Positions 51,274 through 60,108 of a stretch of 60,108 bases of DNA are shown here, in pieces. Within the stretch, counting starts at the first letter, position 1. Each line of letters starts with the position of its first letter. The notes beneath the pieces are model-generated. The model was not told the origin of the DNA. It was given only the letters and a program-made list of their open reading frames with translations, and searched no databases. Position numbers and translations under genes: made by a program. The DNA lies in contig NC_068981.1 in assembly GCF_001194135.2 (NCBI RefSeq), forward strand, positions 88,365,851-88,425,958, written 5' to 3'. The DNA is from Octopus bimaculoides. Its lineage: Eukaryota.

Positions 51274-51493
51274 CCCTTTAGCATTTAAACTGGCCATATC
51301 TGGCCAAAATAATCTACCTGTTTTATCTTCAGATTAGTCAGATCCAGCCTCTCACATTTACCTTACAATATTATTCTAAAAATTAGCAATCATGTCATTG
51401 AAATCCTAAAGCTACAAGGTAATGCATAACTAATTCAAATCAATGTAAATAAATAAACATTACATTTGACACCGAAATCTGAATGCTAAAGGG
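51274..51493. mobile_element. piggyBac-like MITE (family 1), best-preserved copy
   Basis: TTAA|CCCTTTAGCATT ... AATGCTAAAGGG|TTAA: perfect 12 bp TIRs and TTAA on both sides. Confidence 0.85.
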
Positions 51494-51551
51494 TTAAATT
51501 TTGTTTTATCTTATTTATTCATTTATTTATTCATTTATTTTTTCTTTCCAG

Positions 51552-51671
51552 GAACATGTACATCTGTTCCAGAGCTCTGACATTGTTTCAGAAACCACAT
51601 TCAAAAGAAAGGACAGATATGTACCAATCTGGGTACAACTGATCAGCAATTACATAAAAAACTTCTTTTGA
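51552..51671 (+). CDS. PGS1: PGS1 last coding exon with stop
   Basis: Acceptor ttttctttccAG. Reads EHVHLFQSSDIVSETTFKRKDRYVPIWVQLISNYIKNFF* (TGA 51669-51671); the IKNFF C-terminus matches the remembered human PGS1 end. Confidence 0.95.
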   Translation, partial: EHVHLFQSSDIVSETTFKRKDRYVPIWVQLISNYIKNFF

Positions 51672-52309
51672 TAAATTATTCTCCACAAAAGACAAAAAAA
51701 AAAAGAAAGAAAATACAAAATACTCATACACACATCNNNNNNNNNNTATATATATGTATATATAAATGTACACTATATATATATGTGTGTGTAAATTGTA
51801 TTAAATAACTAAAACCCTTCATGTTTTGTTTCTTGTAACTGAATGAAATGTTTGAAATCATATACTTGCAATGACTTCCTGAATACTCCAAGAATCCCTG
51901 TCTTTTGTCTACAGATTTCAAATACTATTAGGGAACACCTGAAGAGAATTAATAAAATTTATTTACCAGGAATGTTATGTTGCACAAACTCAGTATTAGA
52001 CTATGGTAACAAATTTTAATTTGCATCTTCCACTATTTCTTGAGTTTTTAATTAAAAAAAATTTTTTAAAACTTTTTGGGAGAGTAATAGTGGATCCTTT
52101 GTCTTTCAAAATTATTTTATGCAATGTTTTAGGGGAAAAAATTGACAGGATCATTAGAACATTTGAAAGAATGCCCCTTGTTATTTGTTCTGAGTTAAAA
52201 TTCTGCCCTGGCCTTACCAGCACCTGTCAAGCTGTCCAACCAATGCCAGCATGGGAAACTGACATTAAATGATGATGATGATGATAATGAATCTATGTAG
52301 TTATGTGTT

Positions 52310-52545
52310 TTCATGTACCCTTGTCTTGATATCATGTAATGTTTGTAAACAAGCATCACTGTGATTCAAGCAATATTGTTCATCTCGTCTTCCATGAAAA
52401 GCATGTTTGGCCATGGGAAGATATTACCTTGCATGGAAACAGGTAAGGGTTGGTGATAGGAAAAGCATCCAGTTATAGAAAATCTGCCCCAACAAATTCT
52501 GTCTGATCCATGCAATTGTGGAAAAAAAATTAAATGATGATGATT
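52310..52545 (+). mobile_element. SINE B2 body plus RTE-type tail
   Basis: Homologous to 13310-13545. Confidence 0.7.
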
Positions 52546-52744
52546 TGGGTAAAATAGGAGTAGAAAGCAGTAAAGAGCTAAGGAGGACTGAGGCAAGCAA
52601 AGTTATCTGTTTCACTAGAGTTATGATAAGAGTTGTAATAAAATTTGAGCACCTTGATTAGTATGAAAGTGTTGGGGTTCTAGAATTTACTTCTATTTTT
52701 TATATAAAATATTCCAACTACTCTATACCTGGATAAATGGTCAT

Positions 52745-53850
52745 AAGGGCCTTAGAGTCAACCTAGCTAAAACCAAAATCCTAATAAGTAGGAAGGTAGA
52801 TAAAACACAAACCCCTTCAGGTAGATGGCCCTGCCCAGTATGTAGAAAAGGAGTAGGTAGTAACTCTATAAGATGTACCCGGTGCAAGCTATGGACACAT
52901 AAGAGGTGCAGCAACATCAAAGGCAGGTTAACTAGGAAGTTAGTTTTTGTTTGTGGCAGATGTTCAGGTGCAATAAAGACTGTAAACAAACAGGAAACAA
53001 CTTCTATCTCATTCCAGGGTGAAAAACTAGAGGTAGTTGATAGCTTCCGCTATCTGGGCAACCAAGTTAGTAGTGGGGGTAGGTGCGCTGAAAGTGTAGC
53101 TGCTAGAATAAGAATNNNNNNNNNNNNNNNNNNNNNNNNNNNNNNNNNNNNNNNNNNNNNNNNNNNNNNNNNNNNNNNNNNNNNNNNNNNNNNNNNNNNN
53201 NNNNNNNNNNNNNNNNNNNNNNNNNNNNNNNNNNNNNNNNNNNNNNNNNNNNNNNNNNNNNNNNNNNNNNNNNNNNNNNNNNNNNNNNNNNNNNNNNNNN
53301 NNNNNNNNNNNNNNNNNNNNNNNNNNNNNNNNNNNNNNNNNNNNNNNNNNNNNNNNNNNNNNNNNNNNNNNNNNNNNNNNNNNNNNNNNNNNNNNNNNNN
53401 NNNNNNNNNNNNNNNNNNNNNNNNNNNNNNNNNNNNNNNNNNNNNNNNNNNNNNNNNNNNNNNNNNNNNNNNNNNNNNNNNNNNNNNNNNNNNNNNNNNN
53501 NNNNNNNNNNNNNNNNNNNNNNNNNNNNNNNNNNNNNNNNNNNNNNNNNNNNNNNNNNNNNNNNNNNNNNNNNNNNNNNNNNNNNNNNNNNNNNNNNNNN
53601 NNNNNNNNNNNNNNNNNNNNNNNNNCACATAAAAGACACCATTTCGAGCGTGGCCGTTTTCGTGCGGGTGACACGTAAAAGCACCCACTACACTCTCTGA
53701 GTGGTTGGCGTTAGGAAGGGCATCCAGCTGTAGAAACTCTGCCAAATTAGATTGGAGCCTGGTGTTGCCATCCGGTTTCACCAGTCCTCAGTCAAATCGT
53801 CCAACCCATGCTAGCATGGAAAGCGGACGTTAAACGATGATGATGATGTA
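52745..53850 (+). mobile_element. Young 5'-truncated RTE LINE spanning gap 53116-53625; RT C-terminal region with PHD-type finger, 3' UTR and (GAT)n tail
   Basis: Stop-free frame 52745-53115: KGLRVNLAKTKILISRK...WPCPVCRKGVGSNSIRCTRCKLWTHKRC...FVCGRC...LEVVDSFRYLGNQVSSGGRC...ARIR. After the gap, the 3' UTR is ~99% identical to 9166-9390. Confidence 0.85.
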
Positions 53851-54859
53851 ATACAATATGTCATTGTCGTTGGGACATCTTACCAAGCCACTTTATGATT
53901 CATCATTGTAAACTGAATTTGGTTGACAAAAGCTATGTAGAAGCTTGCGTGTGTGTGTGTGTGTGTATGCGTGTTTGTGTTTGTTTCCCCACACTATTTG
54001 TCTTCTAGTATTGGTTGGCTTATATCCTTGTAACTTAGAAACTTGGCAAAAGGTGGATGATAGAATGTGCAGCAAACTTAAAAGGCATGTTGGTATTGTC
54101 TGACTAAATCCTTCAATGCAGTGTCCCACCATGGGACAGTAACTGGAACAAGCAATAGAATGAGATAATACACACACACACACACACATGTATGTATATA
54201 AATAAAGCGTTGGGTGTTAAAGGTTGTTAAATTCTGTGAAATCATGAATCATGTAAAGTACTTGCAGTACAAAAATTATACATGCTTTGTGTTGGTTTTG
54301 CTTGCATAAAGCATGTACGATGGTCATCTGCAGAGTTTCTATCGATCAAATTCACTCACAAGGTCTTGGACGACCCTGGGTACATGGGAAAAAAGGCACT
54401 GGCTCAAGAAGTCCACTACATGTATGGACCGATACACGATACTTAATAACCTGTACTTGGTAAATGACGTAAATATTGTTCTGCAAAAGAAGGATCTGTT
54501 TATTTCTTACGATCTCTAAAATATTGCAAATATCACCTTATAACAGAATACCTTTATTCCTTTTACTGGAATAACATGTTCATATAGTTTAAATTTATAT
54601 TCAGGAAAAAATATATATAAAAGAATTATACACGTTTTGTGTGCTGATTTTGCATACATAAAGCATGTACGACAGTCTTCTGTAAAGTTTCCGTGTATAG
54701 ATTCACTCATAAGTTCTTGGTCGACACGAGCACACAGGAATAAAAGACACTGGCCCAAGAAGTCCATAAAGTATATTGATCCTTAGACCATGCAACTATA
54801 AAGAAATTTTGTTACTAGAGGACAGCATTGCACACACACATACACACACGCATATGCTG

Positions 54860-55183
54860 AGACCCCTTTCAGTCATGACTGACCATGGGATTGCACCTAG
54901 AAAGTTACCCTCCCAGGCACAAGTCTGGGCAAGGTTGTTTATGGAAGACCAACAGTTGCCCATGCATACCGGCCTCCCCTCTCCACACCACCAGTGTTAT
55001 TCAAGGGAAAGGTAAAGGCTGATACAGCTTGGCACCAGTGATGTCACAACTCATTTCTACAGCTGAGTGGATTGGAGCAACGTGAAATAAAGTGTCTTGC
55101 TCAAGAACACAACACTCAGCCCGGTCTGGGATTCGAACTCACAACCTCACGATCGTAAGCTTGACACTCTAACCACTGAGCCA
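54860..55183 (-). mobile_element. SINE family C variant with intact tRNA-like head
   Basis: rc head TGGCTCAGTGGTTAGAGTGTCAAGCTTACGATCGTGAGGTTGTGAGTTCGAATCCC (A and B boxes). Confidence 0.85.
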
Positions 55184-55299
55184 TTATGATCATGAGGTTG
55201 TGAGTTCGAATCCCAGACTGCACTGCATGTTTTGTTCTTGAGCAAGATACTTTATTTCACAATATATATATTGTATTTGCTCTCCATCGCTTATGATGA

Positions 55300-55600
55300 T
55301 TAGGGTTCCAGCTGATCCAATCAACGGAACAGCCTGCTCGTGAAATTAACATGCAAGTGGCTGAGCGCTCTACAGCATGCGTGTCCTTGATTTAGATTTC
55401 AGTGAGATTCAGCACGACACAGAATGTGACAAGACTGGCCCTTTGAATTACAGGTACTACTCATTTTTGCCAGCTGAGTGAACTGGAACAAAGTGAAATA
55501 AAGTGTCTTGCTCAAGGACACAATGCACCGCTGGGAATCAAACTCGCTATCTTGTTATCATGAACCGAATACCCTAACCACTAAGCCACGCGCCTTCACG
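55300..55600 (-). mobile_element. SINE family C variant (different body)
   Basis: rc head gcgtggcttagtggttagggtattcgg...gagtttgattccc; shares gtgaaataaagtgtcttgctcaag with the neighbouring copy. Confidence 0.75.
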
Positions 55601-55799
55601 CACACGCATGCATGCACACACACTTGTTTATATAGAATATGCATACTATGTTATATAGTAGAAAAAGAATAAGACACACTTTTTCATTGCCTACTGAGAT
55701 CGAAATCCAGACTTACTGTAAATTGTGCAACCATGCTCGACTACTTATTTGAAATATTCCAAGCACCAGAATTTATTTTACTTGTGCTCTTAGTGGTAA

Positions 55800-56150
55800 C
55801 TGCTCTTGCACATGGGCTACATACAAAGTCTAATTGTTACAAACCTGCCGGTGATCTCTGTACCCTTTTCTAGGGGCACCCATACACCACAGCATACGGA
55901 GTACCTACCCAGGGCTTTTCTGCATATGGAGCATGGCCATTTCGTTGATAGTAGCAGAACCTTGTCTGCTTTTCTAATTAATATACTGGAGTTCCCATGA
56001 ACAACCATCTTAAACTCCACTGGTGTATCTTAGTGGCCTAAGAACATCTACTTGCATCTCATTGACAACTTTTACTTTGTTGATTGCATCCCTGTACATA
56101 GCTTTCAGCACTTCTTCAGATAAACAAATGCAAGGTAGAGTTGACTTATA
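55800..56150 (-). mobile_element. Old RTE RT fragment with Zn-finger remnant
   Basis: LYLAFVYLKK...MYRDA..KV and KADKVLLLSTKWPCSICRKALGRYSVCC. Confidence 0.7.
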
Positions 56151-56404
56151 CTTAGCTAAAACCTTCTCTTACAGTTGTGAGATATTAACAGAAGTCAAAT
56201 AATTTGAAGATGCCCGTATGTACTTATTATATTCTGTATTTATTGTGTATCAGCGAGGCACAGTCGTGGTTGTGTGGTAAGAAGTTTGCTTCGCAACCAC
56301 ATGGCTCTATGCTCAGTCCCACTGCCTAGCACCTTGAACAAGTGTTTCTATAGCCTTGTGAGATTTCTAAAGCCTTGTGTAGATTTCCAAAGCCTTGTGA
56401 GTCG

Positions 56405-56730
56405 ATGGAAACTGAAAGACACTTCAGCATCACACACAGATTTCCATGCCTTCCACTTAACAGCCAGAACCTCAAACTGACCAAGAGGGACACCACGTGA
56501 AATGAAGGACCGCTTTAGATGATCATGAAAATGAAGCTTTTGACGTCCATTAGCCCAATCTCCAGCTTCGATCTTGCTGAAGATAAGTTTAGCTGAGGCT
56601 CCCCTCCATTTCATCTCTTGCACACAGCACACATCTACAGACCTCCATTCTAACATTTCAACAATCTCACCAAATTTACCTTTCATTTTAGCAGTTCTGA
56701 AGTAAACTGGACAGCATCTGAAAAAAAGGT
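56405..56730 (-). mobile_element. RTE fragments: endonuclease N-terminus joined to a BovB-like C-terminus
   Basis: KMKGKFGEIVEMLEWRSVDVCCVQEMKWRGASAK (APE N-terminus) directly followed by IEAGDWANGRQKLHFHDHLKRSF...FEVLAVKWKAWK. Confidence 0.65.
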
Positions 56731-56765
56731 TTGTGTGAGCTACAAAAAACATGCTGTTTACTCTT

Positions 56766-56815
<50 letters not shown>

Positions 56816-57440
56816 CAATTAGGTGGTTGTGAGGCATGCTAAAAATAACATATTTGGATAAATCTTTTAATTTCGAGCTGTCGCATTAAATGCATATTGA
56901 ATGCTTCAAACTACAAAAGACATGTTGTTTACTCGTTTTCCGGGATCTTTTCTGTTTGCCTGCCAGCATTTCAAAAGTTTATCGGAAATTTTAAAATTTG
57001 GCACATTAATGTAGTTTTCCAAGCTGGATTGCAGGAGTTATTTCACTTTTTCTAGGAAAATGTTTTTAAAAAGTTATAGAAATTTAAAGTTTTATCATTT
57101 TCACCCAATCAGGAAACAGGATTTGGAAATTATCATTTTTGTGCGTGACTGCACATTTTGTTGTCAACATCCTGAAAATAGCATGTGTTGTCAATATTTG
57201 TATTCAATACGTGGAAAACGTATAGAATTGATTTCATATTCAGTGTAATGATACACTTTTATAGGCTAATGACTCTCATGAAAATCATTTCCGCTATAAA
57301 TCAATAAATAAATAGTTATTAACAATTAAAGTTAGAAAATTTTGGTTAATTTTAGTCAATCGTAAGCCACAAACACATTCATGCCTGTTTCCATAGTAAC
57401 AAGCGAAACATGAGAATTCTTTTGTGTGTGAGAAAGCATG

Positions 57441-57588
57441 TGTTGATAAATATATTGAAACCACTTGTTGAAGGTGTGTTCTACTGTTTTATCCACCTGG
57501 AAAGTTTACCTGTCTGTTGACAAATATATTGAGATCACTTGTTGAAGGTGTGTTCTACTGTTTTACCCACCTGGAAATTTTACCTATC
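57441..57588. repeat. 74 bp tandem duplication at the mariner 5' side
   Basis: tgttgataaatatattgaaaccacttgttgaaggtgtgttctactg... occurs at 57441 and 57515. Confidence 0.9.
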
Positions 57589-58628
57589 CATTTGATTATG
57601 GCAGCAAGCTCCGGTAACCTCATGTCAATGATGGAGACTCTGAGAACAGGAGGATGTAGTGTCGTACCTACAAGAAAAGGGTGTTATACCTAAAAAGAAA
57701 TGCAGTATATGGGGATCGGACAATAAGCGTGAGCCAGTGTCAACAGTGGTTCCAGAAATTCTGAGCGGGAAACTACAGCCTAGAAGACAAGCCTCGTCCT
57801 GGAAGATCTGTAGAGCTTGACGAGGATGTCTTGCAAACCCTGGTGGAACAAAATCCCATCGTAAGTGTTGAGGAACTAGCAGAGAAGCTTGGATTTGGTC
57901 ATTTAACCAGTCATCAACACCTGCGTGCCACCGTAAAAGTCAACAAATTGGGTCAATGAGTTCCTCACAAAGTTTCCGAGTTTAATCACGTGCAGGGAGT
58001 GAATGTGCGTTCTTCTTTGCTGTCATGTCACACAAATGAACCTTTTTTGAACCGAATAGTGACTGGCAATTAGAAATGGGTTCCCTATGAAAATGTCAAG
58101 TGCCGAAGACAATGAGTAGGGAAAGGAGAAACACCAGCACCCGAGGCTAAAGGTCACCTACGTAAGGTATTGCTATCTGTTTGGTGGGATATGAAAGGTA
58201 CAGTTCACTTTGAACTTTTAAACCCAAACCAAATGATAACAAAGATCTACTGCGAGCAGCTTGAGCGGCTTATGTCAGTGCTAGAAGAAAAACTTGGTTT
58301 CAAGACAAAAGGTGTTCTTCCATCAGGATAATGCTCGGCCACATACAACGAGGATGACATCCCAAAGGCTAGAGCAGTTTGAATGGATGCTCCACCCACC
58401 ATATTCGCCGGACATTGATCCTTCTGATTATCATTTATTCCGCAGACACCAAAATATGAATTCTGTAGACGAGGAGTATTTTTCGTCACGGACAAGTGAA
58501 TTTTGGAAGAGGGGCCTTGCATGTCTACCAGATAGGTGGAAGAGCATTGTAGAAGGAATGTATATTTTAGATTAAAAAAGAACTTTGAAAAAAAAGAGAA
58601 ACTACATTATCTATGGGATGACCCAATA
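57441..58628 (+). mobile_element. Mariner (Tc1/mariner DD34D) element, decayed, right TIR only
   Basis: YGDRTISVSQCQQWFQKF...SLEDKPRPGRS...*VPH...RIVTGN*KWV...LLSVWWD...FHQDNARPH...HPPYSPDIDPSDYHLF. Right end ...tctatgggatgacccaa|TA. Confidence 0.9.
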
Positions 58629-59079
58629 TGTTGTATTTCGAGATGATAATTTTTTCTTTTTTGCCAAATAAATACACGCACTATATGTTCATTCTTCACT
58701 CATTTATTACTGTTCTTATCGTAACTTATGTCCATTGTCCGGAAATCTTTGTATATACAATATAGATACTCACACACACACATAGATGTGTTCCCTAAAT
58801 GTAATGATAAAGCAAATAAAAGAAAAAGTCAATTATTTAAGCATTTCGTGATTGAATGTAAGTATTAATGGATGACAATGCTTGAAATTCTAATATCCGC
58901 CTATTCCCATGCTAGACAGTCCTTCCCAATTACTATATCGCTATCAAGACAAATGCCATGTATTTATCTCCCTTAGGACGGGAAGGAGAGGGGGGGGTAC
59001 CAGACTAAGGGAGGTAACACCGGAAAATTGATAGAAATTCCATTAAAGCACCTCTGTATTTTGCAACTTGTTCTAGTCA

Positions 59080-59410
59080 TTGAACTGCCGCCGTGATGGT
59101 GCACCGCCTTGAAACGTTTTAGACGGAGATATTAACAATCAGTACTTATTTTTTAAAATCTGTACTTATATTGACTACTTCTGCCGAACCGCTAAGTTAC
59201 GGAGATGTAAACAAGCCAACACTGGTTGTCAAGAGATACATGAAGCACAGATATACACACAACTGGCTTCTCTCAGTTTCTGTCTAGCAAATTCACTCAT
59301 AAGGCTTCGGTTGGCCAAGGGCTATAGTAGTAGACACTTGTCCAATGTGCCATGCAATGGGACTGAACCGGGAACCATGCAGTTGGGAAGCAAACTTCTT
59401 ACCACAGCCA
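59080..59410 (-). mobile_element. SINE family B1
   Basis: rc copy. Confidence 0.75.
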
Positions 59411-59424
59411 CATCAACCAATTAA

Positions 59425-59760
59425 ATAGTGATTTCAAATTTTGGCACAAGACCAGCAAGTAAGTACAGGGGAATCAATTACATTGACCCTACTTTCTTAA
59501 CTGGTACTTATCTTATTGGTCCCAGAACACAAAGAATGAAATACCACTAAGCAATGTGCCCAGCGTGGCACGCCAGCTATTTTGTGGTAGAAAGCTAGTC
59601 GATAACATTACTCAACTGATGCTTATTTTACTGACTCCAAAAAAGGAAGAAAAGCAAAGTTGACCTTGGTGGAATTTGAATGTAGAATGTAAAGATGGAC
59701 AAAATGCTGCTAAATATTTTGCCTGACGTGCTAATGGTTCTGCTAGCTCACTGCCTTAAA
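59425..59760 (-). mobile_element. SINE family A pieces (about two partial copies)
   Basis: gatttcaaattttggcacaag... and gaccttggtggaatttgaatgtagaatg...ctgctagctcactgcc. Confidence 0.7.
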
Positions 59761-59779
59761 TTGCTACCAATTAAATATT

Positions 59780-60108
59780 ACTCTTTTACTTGTTTCAGTC
59801 ATTTGACTGTGGCCATGCTGGAGCACCACCTTTAGTCGAATCAAATCGACCCCAGGACTTATTCTTTGTAAGCCTAGTACGGTCTCTTTTTGCCGAACCG
59901 CTAAGTTACGGGGACGTAAACACACCAGCATCAGTTGTCAAGCGATGGTGGGAGGACAAACACAGACACACATACATATATATATACTTATACATATATA
60001 CGACGGGCTTCTTTCAGTTTCCATCTACCAAATCCACTCACAAGGCTTTGGTCGGCCCGAGGCTATAGTAGAAGACACTTGCCCAAGGTGCCACGCAGTG
60101 GGACTGAA
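59780..60108 (-). mobile_element. Young SINE family B1 running off the window end
   Basis: rc of the 50015 copy, CpG-rich. Confidence 0.88.

Larger units (their letters stand above)
2064..53625. other. Assembly gaps (N runs)
   Basis: 2064-2073, 6256-6742, 7484-8046, 10682-11272, 20642-20802, 24427-24873, 34430-34928, 51737-51746, 53116-53625. Most abut microsatellites or young repeats. Confidence 0.98.

Noticed and set aside
6142-53781. Long ORFs (150-300 aa) containing poly-X
   Set aside because: Artefacts of reading through N gaps.
55100-55183. tRNA gene (also the heads at 30270, 31500 and 55560)
   Set aside because: A and B boxes are present but no complete acceptor stem, and the sequence continues into a multicopy SINE body.
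56763-56815. Long poly(T) as the tail of a processed pseudogene on the minus strand
   Set aside because: No AATAAA at the right distance, no TSD and no recognisable coding sequence upstream on the minus strand.

Overview
AT-rich, microsatellite- and transposon-dense eukaryotic DNA from a draft assembly with 9 N-gaps. The repeat families and (CA)n/(TA)n/(ATT)n/(CAT)n density suggest an octopus-like coleoid cephalopod (inference). The only host gene I can support is the 3' half of PGS1 (mitochondrial phosphatidylglycerophosphate synthase, PLD superfamily) on +. Four exons (29811-30181, 37674-37899, 50600-50682, 51552-51671) splice in frame at GT-AG boundaries to about 265 aa ending IKNFF*. No earlier exons were recognised, so bases 1-29810 are probably intron. 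The rest is a transposon landscape: modular tRNA-derived SINEs, RTE LINE fragments, three (TAA)n-anchored R4/Dong-like LINE ends, Penelope-like relics, a full-length decayed Chapaev3-type (CMC) transposon, a mariner, a non-autonomous Helitron, and piggyBac- and hAT-like MITEs. I found no unambiguous new biological system. The best candidates are an RTE whose RT region carries a C4HC3 PHD-type finger, a variable double-hairpin array in that RTE 3' UTR, a candidate hammerhead ribozyme beside a Penelope GIY-YIG fragment, a SINE/R4 ecology built on (TAA)n tails, and several fold-backs that could be ADAR substrates. Most short ORFs in the track are microsatellite or gap artefacts. Family assignments come from remembered motifs, not database searches.
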